Positions 15,152 through 23,414 of a stretch of DNA of 24,000 bases are shown piece after piece. The translations under genes and the position numbers were made by a program. The notes below the pieces were generated by a model. That model did no database searches. It was not told where the DNA came from and saw only the letters and a list, made by a program, of their open reading frames with translations. How positions within the stretch are numbered: the first letter of the stretch is position 1; every line of letters starts with the position of its first letter. Origin of the DNA: Aliidongia sp. (lineage in GTDB: Bacteria > Pseudomonadota > Alphaproteobacteria > ATCC43930 > CGMCC-115725); assembly GCA_035310205.1 (NCBI GenBank), contig DATGEK010000124.1:1-24000 (forward strand). The letters are read 5' to 3'.

Positions 15152-15574
15152 ATGAGGTTTGTGATCATCGCGGCCACCAGCCTGGTCCTGCTGCCGGCAA
15201 CGGCCATCGTGCCGCACGCCCTGGCGCAGTCGGCGTCGCAAGGGCTGCCCTTGAGCGGGGCGGGCGACCAGCCGCCCGGCGGGCTCACGGCGCGCGACGT
15301 CGTCGGCAAGCGCCTGAGCGATGCCGACGGCAACGTGATCGGCCAGATCGTCGGCGTGAGCCGCGACGGGGCGAGTGCCGAGGTCCGCCCGCCACACGGC
15401 GGCGGCTTGACCAATGTCGACATGAGCGAACTCAGCCTGGGCACCGGTGCGCGCCAAGTGATCCTGGGCGGCGAGCCGGCGGCACCACCGCCGCACTGGA
15501 GCTCGCACTCGACCTCGGTCACCTCGACGACGACCGCCCCGTCCGTCGTCGTCCTGCCGCCACCGCCGCAGTAA
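15152..15574 (+). CDS. Secreted PRC-barrel-like domain protein (140 aa) with an S/T/P-rich tail
   Basis: GAGGA SD. Signal peptide MRFVIIAATSLVLLPATAIVPHALA. LTARDVVGKRLSDADGNVIGQIVGVSRDG resembles the PRC-barrel core. The tail is HSTSVTSTTTAPSVVVLPPPPQ. Confidence 0.55.
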   Translation: MRFVIIAATSLVLLPATAIVPHALAQSASQGLPLSGAGDQPPGGLTARDVVGKRLSDADGNVIGQIVGVSRDGASAEVRPPHGGGLTNVDMSELSLGTGARQVILGGEPAAPPPHWSSHSTSVTSTTTAPSVVVLPPPPQ

Positions 15575-15582
15575 GGGGGAGG

Positions 15583-16443
15583 CTAGGCCGAACCGCCCTC
15601 GCGCGGCGAGCTGAGCGTGCCGCCCCACAGGCGGTCGTAATTCCAGCCGAGGCCGGGCAAGCAGCCCGGCAGGACCCGCCGGTCCTCGGCGAACTGTTGG
15701 CCGCGCCACTCCATGCCCTGCTCCAGCCGGTGGGCGACCAAGGGCCACCACGTCCGCGACACCAGGCCGTGCTCGGCCCGGATGCGATCGATCTCGGCGC
15801 CGCCCTCGACCGAGCGCTTGCGGGTACTGGTCGAGCTGGGGTTGAGCCGGCTTGCGCCCAGGAAGCGGTCGACCCGCTCGGCGCGGCCGATCATCATGAA
15901 GCGGGCGAACAGGTCGAAATCCATGGCGAAGCGGTATTTTGCGTCGATGCCGCCGGCGCGCTCGTAAAGCCCGCGCCGCCAGAAGCAGGTCTCCTGCGGG
16001 ATGCGCGGCCAGCGCCGCATCAGCCGGTTGGAATGACGCGGCAGCAGCCAGTAGCCGACGGCGCAGTCGGCCGTGTCGATCATGACGCGGTGGCTGTAGA
16101 TCATGTCGACCTTGGGATGGGCGGCGAAATACCAGGCGACGAATTCCAGCGTCTCGGGCGCCAGCATGTCGTAGCTGTTGACCCAGCCCATGATCTCGCC
16201 GGTCGCCCGGTGGAAGCCGCGCTGCAGGGCCGGCGCCGGGCCCTCGTCGGGCGTGCTCTCGATATGGGCGAAATGCCGGCGATAGCGCTTCAGGATCTCC
16301 AGTGTTCCGTCGCTCGAGCCGCCGTCCATGACGATATATTCGAGCCGCGGATAGCGCTGGCCGAGCACCGAGGCGACGGTCCGCTCGACGAAGCGCACCT
16401 GGTTCAAGCTGGGGGTGACGAGCGTGATGCGGGGGCGTTCCAT
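15583..16443 (-). CDS. Family 2 glycosyltransferase (286 aa)
   Basis: This is the C-terminal part of track ORF 15583..17676. ATG at 16443 is 5 nt after the upstream stop, with GGAG inside the upstream gene. ITLVTPSLNQVRFVERTVASVLGQRYPRLEYIVMDGGSSDGTLEILKRY is a typical GT2 N-terminus. Confidence 0.85.
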   Translation of the reverse strand: MERPRITLVTPSLNQVRFVERTVASVLGQRYPRLEYIVMDGGSSDGTLEILKRYRRHFAHIESTPDEGPAPALQRGFHRATGEIMGWVNSYDMLAPETLEFVAWYFAAHPKVDMIYSHRVMIDTADCAVGYWLLPRHSNRLMRRWPRIPQETCFWRRGLYERAGGIDAKYRFAMDFDLFARFMMIGRAERVDRFLGASRLNPSSTSTRKRSVEGGAEIDRIRAEHGLVSRTWWPLVAHRLEQGMEWRGQQFAEDRRVLPGCLPGLGWNYDRLWGGTLSSPREGGSA

Positions 16444-16448
16444 CCGTT

Positions 16449-18638
16449 TCAGCTCCGCAGGTCCGGCTTCAGCACGGCATAGAGATAGTCGCCGCGCCCG
16501 CGCCAGTTCTGGAACAGTCGTGCTGCGAGGGCCGCCACCTCCGCGTCCCCGCGCGTTTCGGGATCGGGGGCGAGGCCGTGCGGCACGGCACCCATCAGGC
16601 CCAGTTGGTTGAGCCGCAGGCTGAGCCAGCTCCAATAGGGATGCGACCAGCTGCGCGTGCGCAGGATCCTGAGGCCGCTCGCGCCCGCCAGGCCGGCAAG
16701 CGCCTTGGCCGAGAAGATGAAGCGGTGGAACGGCGGATGCCAATGGGCCCAGGTCGGGCCGAACCGCTCGATCTGGGCCGAATCGAGATTGGGCGTGCTG
16801 ATCAGGATCAGGCCGTCGGGCTCCAGCAGGCGCGCCGCGCGTTGCAGCGCCGCCAGCGGCTCGGTCGCATGCTCGAGCGTGTGGGCGAACACGACCAGGT
16901 CGAAGCGCTCCTCGACCGGGATCACGCGCAACGCATCCTCGATGCCGCCGAGCCACACCCGGTGGCCCTTGGCCCGTGCCGCCTCGGCCGCCCGCTCGCT
17001 CGGATCGCAGCCGAAGGTCTGCCAGCCTTCGGCGCGAAAGCCGTCGAGCAATTCCCCCTCGAAGCAGGCGAGATCGAGCACGCGTAGCGTTCCGGTCCGG
17101 CGCGGCAGCAGCCCGCGCACCATGCGCTTCATCTCGTGCATCGTCGGGTCGGCCCAGGGCGCCAGCCGCCGGCGCAGCGGGGCCGGCACCAGGCGGGCGA
17201 GCACCGTGGCGAGGCCGCTGCCGGGGCCGGCGTAGTTGCGGAACGGGCTCGGGCTGCCGTCGGCCGGGACCTTGATTTCCCGTAGGCCGCCACCGTAGTG
17301 GGTGTCGTGCAGGCGCCGTAGCGTCTGCCGATCGATCTCGGGGCCGATTGCCGCCGCGTGGCTGTCCGGGTGATACCAGATCTCGTTCATGCCCGGTTCG
17401 CCGAAGCGCGTGTCCGGGCTCGAGAACAGCAGGCGCTTGGGCAGCGCGCCGGTGACCGGGCAGCGGGCCGGCGCGGGCGGCGGCGTCGGGGTGGTGCGCG
17501 GCGCGGGCACGTCCTCGTCGAGCGCCAGTGGGAAATAGAGCGGGCGATGCGGCCCGATTCGCCGGGTCCCGGTCTCCAGCCGTTCGATCAAGGCCAGCGC
17601 CAGGTGTCCCGGCAGTTCGGCCAGCCGCTCCGGCCGCGACAGGGTCGGGGCGATCCGGGACGTGACGGCGGCGCATTCGGCGTCATAGGCCGGCATGTCC
17701 TCGCTCAACTGTCCGGCGCGGACCCGGAAGCTGCTGATGTGGCCGTCCAGGCGGCGCAGCGGGTAGCGTCGCGCCAGTGCCAGCCACAGCGCCCAATCGC
17801 CGGCGAGCTTCAGCGACCGGTCGAGGCCGCCGACCGCATCATAGGCGATGCGCCGGAAGAACACCCCGTCCTGGAACAGGAAATGGCCTTCGAGCAGGCG
17901 GCGGAAATCGATGAAGCCGAGCGGCTGATTGGCGAAGCGCCATGCCCCGATCGACAGCAGGTTTTCGAAATAGATCACCCGCTCATCGGGAAAGGCGGCG
18001 AAATGCCGGCCGATCCGGTCCAGGCCGCCCGGCAGATAGAGATCGTCGGCATTGAGCCACGCCAGCACCTCGCCGGTGGCGCGCTCGAAGCCCTTGGCGA
18101 CGGCGTCGTACAGCCCATCGTCCGGCTCGGCGATGACGAGGTCGAGCCGGTCGGCATAGCGCGCGATGATCTCGCGCGTGCCGTCGGTCGAGCCGCCGTC
18201 GACGAGGATGTATTCGAGGTCGGGATAGGCCTGGCCCAGCACCGACTCGATCGTCTCGGCGATGGTGTCCCGGGCGTTCAGCACCGGCGTCACGATCGTG
18301 ATGCGGGGCAGGTGCCGCGGCGCGGCCTCGTCCGGGGGCGTCGCCTGGCACCAGATGCCATCGACCCAGCGTCCGGCGGCCTTCAATACCGCGCTCAGGG
18401 TGGCCCGGCCGTCGCCGCGTTCGGCAGCGGCGTCGCGTGAGCGGAAATGGGCGGTGACCTCGGCCAGCCTTGCTTCGAGCGCTTCCGCGCGCCGGACCAG
18501 GGCCGCGATTTCCTCGGGCGTGCTGGGCAAGGGCGGCGGATCGGGCGGCGCCACCAGCAGCTCGAGCTGCTCGGGTTCCGTTTCCGGGACCGCGACCCGC
18601 GGCGGCAAATCGGTGGTGGTCAGAGGATCACCGGCCAT
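16449..18638 (-). CDS. Fusion protein: N-terminal helical region + GT2 glycosyltransferase + Pro-rich linker + class I SAM-methyltransferase-like domain
   Basis: Track ORF 16449..18728 begins with TTG. I prefer ATG 18638 (MAGDPL...), but the start is uncertain. GT2 motifs: ITIVTPVLNARDTIAETIESVLGQAYPDLEYILVDGGSTDGT and LNADD. MT motifs: VLDLACFEGELL, FDLVVFAHTLEHATEP, LLEPDGLILISTPN. Confidence 0.8.
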   Translation of the reverse strand: MAGDPLTTTDLPPRVAVPETEPEQLELLVAPPDPPPLPSTPEEIAALVRRAEALEARLAEVTAHFRSRDAAAERGDGRATLSAVLKAAGRWVDGIWCQATPPDEAAPRHLPRITIVTPVLNARDTIAETIESVLGQAYPDLEYILVDGGSTDGTREIIARYADRLDLVIAEPDDGLYDAVAKGFERATGEVLAWLNADDLYLPGGLDRIGRHFAAFPDERVIYFENLLSIGAWRFANQPLGFIDFRRLLEGHFLFQDGVFFRRIAYDAVGGLDRSLKLAGDWALWLALARRYPLRRLDGHISSFRVRAGQLSEDMPAYDAECAAVTSRIAPTLSRPERLAELPGHLALALIERLETGTRRIGPHRPLYFPLALDEDVPAPRTTPTPPPAPARCPVTGALPKRLLFSSPDTRFGEPGMNEIWYHPDSHAAAIGPEIDRQTLRRLHDTHYGGGLREIKVPADGSPSPFRNYAGPGSGLATVLARLVPAPLRRRLAPWADPTMHEMKRMVRGLLPRRTGTLRVLDLACFEGELLDGFRAEGWQTFGCDPSERAAEAARAKGHRVWLGGIEDALRVIPVEERFDLVVFAHTLEHATEPLAALQRAARLLEPDGLILISTPNLDSAQIERFGPTWAHWHPPFHRFIFSAKALAGLAGASGLRILRTRSWSHPYWSWLSLRLNQLGLMGAVPHGLAPDPETRGDAEVAALAARLFQNWRGRGDYLYAVLKPDLRS

Positions 18639-19037
18639 GGATGGCGCGCGGGATCGGGGGCGAGGGCGGGCAAGCCATGAGGATCGATCTTGTCCGTTCC
18701 TGTGCGTACATGCCGCCCACCATGGCAAACGCCCCGCATAGGGTCAACGGGTGCGGCCGCCGGATCCGTGACGGAATTTTGCGATATTCGGCAACTCGGC
18801 GCCGGCGATAGTACCGCGGTATTTCCGTATCGGTTGAAACCATGGTCCGGCTGCGTCAGGATGACAGCCAAGGATTGTCCCTACGGGCGTTCTCCGCCCG
18901 GCGATACCCGTTCCAGCCGCTCATTCCAAATGCACATTGTCCTCCCGTTGCCTTGGCATCGGACCGGGATGGCGTGCGCATGCCTTGCTCTGCCTCGGCA
19001 TTCAAGAACAACGGCTTCACGTGACTGGGGGATTACA

Positions 19038-20954
19038 ATGCTTGTTTCGCGTTTTGCGATCGGTATGGCAGCTGGCGCCATGACCGTCGTCGGTCTCGCC
19101 TTGTCCGCGCCCGCCATGGCCGGCGGTGCGATCACGCAGCAGGTGCAATCGAGCCAACAGGTCGGCTTCGAAATGTTCCTGCCGCTTCGCAACACGGCCG
19201 ATCTGGATACGCTGCTCGCCTCGCAGCAGCTCCAGGGCTCGCCGAACTATCAGCAGTGGCTGACGCCGCAGCAGTTCCATGATCGCTTCGGGCCGACCGA
19301 CGCGACCGTCGCGCGCGTCAGGGCCAGCCTCGCCGCGGCGGGCTTGACCGTGACCCAGACCCACAGCCGCAGCCTCTATGTCGAAGGCAGCGCGAACGCC
19401 GTGCAGAAGCTGTTCGGCACCCGTCTCGTCTATAAGGCGAATGGCGCCGGTGGCGTGCGCATGGCCGCCGACGGCGGCTTCGTGCTGCCGCAGGCGCTGG
19501 CCCGCGAAGGTGCCGTCGTCGGCCATTTCGCCCCCCAGGTTCACATGCGCACGCACGCCCGCGCGGTGAAGCTCGACGGCAAGGCGCTGGCGCCCGAGAA
19601 CCGTTATGCCGGCGACGGCCCCTATTGGTACAACGATCTGAAGCAGGCTTACGATTATCCCTCGTACCAGACCAAGGCGCCGCTGACCGGCAAGCAGTTG
19701 AACGGCCAGGGCAGCACCGTCGCGATCGTCATGGAATCCGACGTGCTGGATTCGGATATCAAGGCCGTGTTCGATCACGAGCACTGGACGACCACGACCG
19801 GAACGCCGGATCCGAAGCTTGCCGCCCGCGTGCCGATCTTCGGCGGCGCGCCGTTCGATCCCAACAGCGGCGGCTCGTTCGAGGCATCGCTCGACGTACA
19901 GCAGGTGCTGGGCGGTGCGCCGGGCGCCAAGGTGTTCCTCTACAACATCCCCGACCTGTCCGACGAATCGATCCTCGCGGCCTACATCAGCATCGTCGAA
20001 AGCAACCAGGCCGACATCGTCAGCTCGTCGTTCGGCGGCTGCGAACTGTTCTATACGGCGCCCTATAACAACGGCACCGATCAGTCCGGCATCCTCGACG
20101 TCTATGACGAGCTGTTCAAGCAGGGCAATGCCCAGGGCATGACCTTTGTCGCCAGCTCGGGCGATAGCGGGGGCCTCGGCTGCCTCGACGTGGCCTACTT
20201 CAGCGGCAAGCCCGGCGGCAAGTTCATCGCCGGCGTCGAGAGCCCGGCGTCGAGCCCGCATGTGACCGCCGTCGGCGGCACCAACCTGATCACGACGCCG
20301 CCGCCCAACCCGCAGACGACGCCGGCGACGCTGACCTCCAAATACGTCTCGGAGAATGCCTTCGGCGATCCGGAGCTGCCTTACGATCCCTATGGCATTG
20401 GCGTCAACGCGACCGGCGGCTATTGGGGTGCCGGCGGCGGCATCAGCGCGCATTTCGCGCGACCCAGCTACCAGAGCCTGGGCATCGCCTTCAACGAGGT
20501 GAAGAGCCGGATGCGCACGGTGCCGGACGTCGGCATGCAGGTTGGCGGCTGTCCGGGGGGCATCGTGGCGGACACTTGCGGTGCCGACGGGTCGCGCAGC
20601 GCTGTCGTCATCAGCTTCGGCGGTCAACTGGTCGGGGTGATCGGCACCTCGGTCTCGGCTCCCGAGTTCGCCGGCATGGCGGCCTTGGGCGTGCAGCGGT
20701 TCGGTCACCGGCTCGGCAACCTCAATACCTACATTTACAATACCGGGTATGTGCAGACACTGATCGGCGCAGGTTCGCCGGACTTCCGCTTCTATCACCG
20801 GAATATTCCGGGCTTCGACGGGCTTTACAACACCGATCCGACCAAGCAGCCCTACAACTTCATGACCGGCAACGGCACGCCGGATGTTCGCAAGTTCCTG
20901 GCGCTGACCTCGGCCCAGCCGGCCGGCAATCCGCAGACGCCCAGCAATCCCTGA
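19038..20954 (+). CDS. Secreted peptidase S53 (sedolisin/kumamolisin family) with pro-domain
   Basis: Internal ATG of track ORF 18690..20954 with GGGGGA upstream. Signal peptide MLVSRFAIGMAAGAMTVVGLALSAPAMA. Pro-kumamolisin-like prodomain (LPLRNTADLDTLL...YQQWLTPQQFHDRFGP). Catalytic motifs EASLDVQ, SSGDSGG and GTSVSAPEF are present. Confidence 0.85.
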   Translation: MLVSRFAIGMAAGAMTVVGLALSAPAMAGGAITQQVQSSQQVGFEMFLPLRNTADLDTLLASQQLQGSPNYQQWLTPQQFHDRFGPTDATVARVRASLAAAGLTVTQTHSRSLYVEGSANAVQKLFGTRLVYKANGAGGVRMAADGGFVLPQALAREGAVVGHFAPQVHMRTHARAVKLDGKALAPENRYAGDGPYWYNDLKQAYDYPSYQTKAPLTGKQLNGQGSTVAIVMESDVLDSDIKAVFDHEHWTTTTGTPDPKLAARVPIFGGAPFDPNSGGSFEASLDVQQVLGGAPGAKVFLYNIPDLSDESILAAYISIVESNQADIVSSSFGGCELFYTAPYNNGTDQSGILDVYDELFKQGNAQGMTFVASSGDSGGLGCLDVAYFSGKPGGKFIAGVESPASSPHVTAVGGTNLITTPPPNPQTTPATLTSKYVSENAFGDPELPYDPYGIGVNATGGYWGAGGGISAHFARPSYQSLGIAFNEVKSRMRTVPDVGMQVGGCPGGIVADTCGADGSRSAVVISFGGQLVGVIGTSVSAPEFAGMAALGVQRFGHRLGNLNTYIYNTGYVQTLIGAGSPDFRFYHRNIPGFDGLYNTDPTKQPYNFMTGNGTPDVRKFLALTSAQPAGNPQTPSNP

Positions 20955-20976
20955 GATCCTCAGGATCCGGGGAGTG

Positions 20977-21004
20977 GAAATGGCGGGGGAAACCCCGCCA
21001 TTTC
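20977..21004. terminator. Bidirectional terminator hairpin: perfect 12-bp stem with a GAAA tetraloop
   Basis: gaaatggcgggg-gaaa-ccccgccatttc followed by tgtttc. It lies between convergent genes ending at 20954 and 21015. Confidence 0.7.
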
Positions 21005-21014
21005 TGTTTCAGGA

Positions 21015-21248
21015 TCAGCCGCCCAGTTGCGCCAGCAGCGACGAACTGAGCAGATTGCCCTGGCCGGCACCGGTCACCGCCGGCTTGAACTGGCCGAGGG
21101 CGGCACCGGTCTTCGCTTGGCCCTTGGCTTCGGCACCGACGTCGGCCAGGCTGAACTGAACGCCCTTGTCATGCTTCTTCAGGGCCGACAGCGGATTGTC
21201 GGCGATCGGCGAACGGGCATGGGTGAGGGCGGCGGCTGGGGCGGTCAT
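21015..21248 (-). CDS. Hypothetical small A/G/L-rich protein (77 aa)
   Basis: ATG with AAGGAA 7 nt upstream, followed by the 20977-21004 hairpin. Low-complexity sequence with no signal peptide and no family I recognise. Confidence 0.45.
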   Translation of the reverse strand: MTAPAAALTHARSPIADNPLSALKKHDKGVQFSLADVGAEAKGQAKTGAALGQFKPAVTGAGQGNLLSSSLLAQLGG

Positions 21249-21420
21249 GATGGTTGTTCCTTAGTTGAAACGAACAGGGCTCATGGACCTGCGCGTCGCA
21301 AATCGGATACCAAGACAAGAAATGTTCATTATCAAGGTGTTGGCGTGACTCTCGTACCATCCACCGCCCGCTGCGGCAGTTTTTGCCCGGTGCGGGGCGG
21401 CAAAATCCGGAGCCGCGCGC

Positions 21421-22116
21421 ATGTGCGGTAGGCTGTTCCAGACCAGCCCACCCAAGCGTCTGGCCGAATTGTTCGGGACCGCCAATCCGCTGAGCAACGC
21501 GCCGCCGCGCTACAATGCGGCGCCGACTGATCTGCTGCTGACGGTCCGGTACAATCCGAAGACCGGGGAACGGGCGCTCGACCCGTTGCGCTGGGGGCTG
21601 GTGCCGCATTGGGCGAAGGACGCCAGGATCGGCGCCTCGCTGACCAATGCCCGCGCCGAGACGATCGCCGACAAGCCTGCGTTCCGCGATGCCTTCGCCC
21701 GGCGCCGCTGCCTGGTGCCGGTCGACGGTTTCTATGAATGGCACCGCCCGGAACAGGGGCCGAAGCAGCCCTATGCCTTCGCGCATCCGGCCAACGACGA
21801 GGGCGACAGGCCGCTGCTGGCGCTCGCCGGCCTCTGGGAATCCTGGCGCGACCCGGCGGGCGGGATCCTGCGCACCATGACCCTCGTGACGACGGCGGCC
21901 AACGGGGTGATGGCGCCGATCCATGATCGGATGCCGGTCATCCTGGCGGCCGAAGACTGGGCGGCGTGGCTGGGCGAGCGGGCAGGGGACGCGACCGCGA
22001 TGATGCGGCCGTGTGCGGAGGCCTTGCTCGATCATTGGCCGGTGTCATCGGCCGTCGGCAATGTCAGGAACCAGGGGGCGGAGTTGCCGCTCCCGCTACC
22101 GGCGTCGTCGCAATGA
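21421..22116 (+). CDS. yedK: SOS response-associated peptidase (SRAP/YedK family; abasic-site DNA-protein crosslink sensor)
   Basis: 231 aa beginning MCGR (catalytic Cys2). RYNAAPT, PLRWGLVPHWAKD, NARAETI, PAFRDAF, RRCLVPVDGFYEW and HDRMPVIL are hallmark SRAP motifs. Confidence 0.9.
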   Translation: MCGRLFQTSPPKRLAELFGTANPLSNAPPRYNAAPTDLLLTVRYNPKTGERALDPLRWGLVPHWAKDARIGASLTNARAETIADKPAFRDAFARRRCLVPVDGFYEWHRPEQGPKQPYAFAHPANDEGDRPLLALAGLWESWRDPAGGILRTMTLVTTAANGVMAPIHDRMPVILAAEDWAAWLGERAGDATAMMRPCAEALLDHWPVSSAVGNVRNQGAELPLPLPASSQ

Positions 22117-22519
22117 TCTGAGGCCCGAACAGCCGCTTGGCGGTCTGGATCACCTTGCGGATATATTTCAGGCTCTCCGGCTTCGAGCGGGAATGGTACC
22201 AGCCGACGCCGGTCCAGAACTCGCCTGCCGCGTTGATCTGCCGGCGCAGCAGGCTTGCCGTGACGCGGATGTTGAAGCAGCCGTCATATTGCAGCAGTGC
22301 GCGGGTCACCTCCGGCGACTGGTGGATCGTGCGGGCGATCTCTCCGACCCAGACGGTGTTGATCTGGCCCGGGCCGTAATCCTCACTGCCGTTCGGATTG
22401 GGCGAATGGGTGCCCTCGTGCCCCGCCTCGACCGTGAGCACGGTCATGAGAATCGGCGGCGGCAGGGCGGCCGACTGGGCGGCGAAATAGATGCAGGCGG
22501 CAGCCGCTTCCGGAAGCAT
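22064..22519 (-). CDS. Lytic transglycosylase (SLT domain) protein, apparently lacking a signal peptide
   Basis: LLMTVLTVEAGHEG (catalytic Glu), NPNGSEDYGPGQIN and GWYHS are SLT-domain motifs. The upstream in-frame region back to the stop at 22592-22594 has no ATG, GTG or TTG. The gene's 3' end overlaps yedK by 53 nt. Confidence 0.65.
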   Translation of the reverse strand: MLPEAAAACIYFAAQSAALPPPILMTVLTVEAGHEGTHSPNPNGSEDYGPGQINTVWVGEIARTIHQSPEVTRALLQYDGCFNIRVTASLLRRQINAAGEFWTGVGWYHSRSKPESLKYIRKVIQTAKRLFGPQIIATTPVAGAATPPPGS

Positions 22520-22703
22520 GGCGATGGAGCTGATCGTGAGGCGAAGGTCCGCTCTTAGCAGAAAACCGCGGACCGCACATCCGCGAATCCGTCAGGCGGA
22601 ACCCTGGCGTGAGTCGCAGGCGATCCCCTCGTGCGGGCCTGGCCGATGATATATAACCGGCGGCCTGGCGAGGGGGACTCGTCGGCGGATCCGGGGGGAT
22701 CTT

Positions 22704-23357
22704 CTACGCTATGTCGCCGGAATATGGACGAAGCACGCGGATCTTGATCGGCGGCAACTGCGGCGTGACGCTCTGGTTCGATTGCCAGACGCGCTTAGTG
22801 TCGAGGTCGAGATAGAAGTGATTCTCGAAGTCCCAGCCCAGGGGATGGCTGATACCGGTTTCGGTGAAGCTTCGTGTCAGGATCTCTCCATGCAGCAGCG
22901 TAACGCGCGCCTGGCCGGTTGCCGCGAGCGTCGACTGGGCTGGCACGGAATAGAGCTTGGCCTTGGGGAAATCGAGCAGCCTCGTGCATTCCCCGGCCGC
23001 GACGGTGCCGCTTGCTACCGGATCATCGCTTCCCTGGGCAGTCGCGACCTCGATATCGCCGGTCCTGAACCGCACGATGCGGCCATTCCTGGTCTGGATC
23101 AGCGAGTGGTCGGCGGCGATCCAGGTCAGCGTATCGCCATCAGCCGTCGCGAGCACCACCAGCGCCTCGGGCGCCCGGCCGAGCTGAACGCCGATGCTCG
23201 CGAAAGGGATGCGCTCGACGTCGTCATCGGTGAACGCCCGGTCTTTGAAAAAATTACGCGCAAGATCGGTCGCGGCGGAAAGATTCGGATTGCGGGAGTT
23301 ACCGCAGCCTGCCAGTAGAAACGTCCCCGCACCGAGCAGTGCGGAACGACGCGTCAT
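22704..23357 (-). CDS. YjbF/GfcB family lipoprotein (group-4-capsule/exopolysaccharide associated)
   Basis: Track ORF 22704..23378 starts with GTG. I prefer ATG 23357 (MTRRSALLGAGTFLLAGC, signal plus lipobox). The body aligns by eye with E. coli GfcB: IQTRNGRIVRF vs VTHNGRLLKT, GSDDPV vs GQDPL, W-x-N-x-FY/WLD and P-x-K/E-I/M-x-x-L-R/K-P near the C-terminus. Confidence 0.65.
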   Translation of the reverse strand: MTRRSALLGAGTFLLAGCGNSRNPNLSAATDLARNFFKDRAFTDDDVERIPFASIGVQLGRAPEALVVLATADGDTLTWIAADHSLIQTRNGRIVRFRTGDIEVATAQGSDDPVASGTVAAGECTRLLDFPKAKLYSVPAQSTLAATGQARVTLLHGEILTRSFTETGISHPLGWDFENHFYLDLDTKRVWQSNQSVTPQLPPIKIRVLRPYSGDIA

Positions 23358-23414
23358 ATTTTGTAAACCTTTTTTCACGAATTAACCTGTCTGGCCGAGA
23401 CTTGGGAATAGAAT

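Noticed and set aside
14986-16482. 498-aa plus-strand ORF, plus the N-terminal 410 aa of minus ORF 15583..17676
   Set aside because: Both are R/P/A/G-rich with no domains. The real genes in this span are the PRC-barrel ORF (signal peptide plus SD), the GT2 gene beginning at 16443, and the in-frame GT2-MT fusion.
18639-18728. TTG start at 18728 for the GT2-MT fusion
   Set aside because: It is a rare start codon encoding an Arg/Trp-rich 30-aa extension. I prefer ATG 18638, but neither has a strong SD, so the 5' end remains uncertain.
19017-20798. 593-aa minus-strand ORF opposite the S53 peptidase
   Set aside because: A shadow ORF with R/A/G-rich composition and no start context. The plus strand carries a signal peptide, a prodomain and all catalytic motifs.
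21249-21420. Possible alphaproteobacterial LexA box (GTTC-N7-GTTC) upstream of the SOS-associated yedK gene
   Set aside because: GTTCATTATCAAGGTGTTG has only one proper GTTC half-site at the correct spacing. The TTTTGCC-N11-GGCAAAA inverted repeat at 21381-21405 is real but matches no regulator motif I know.
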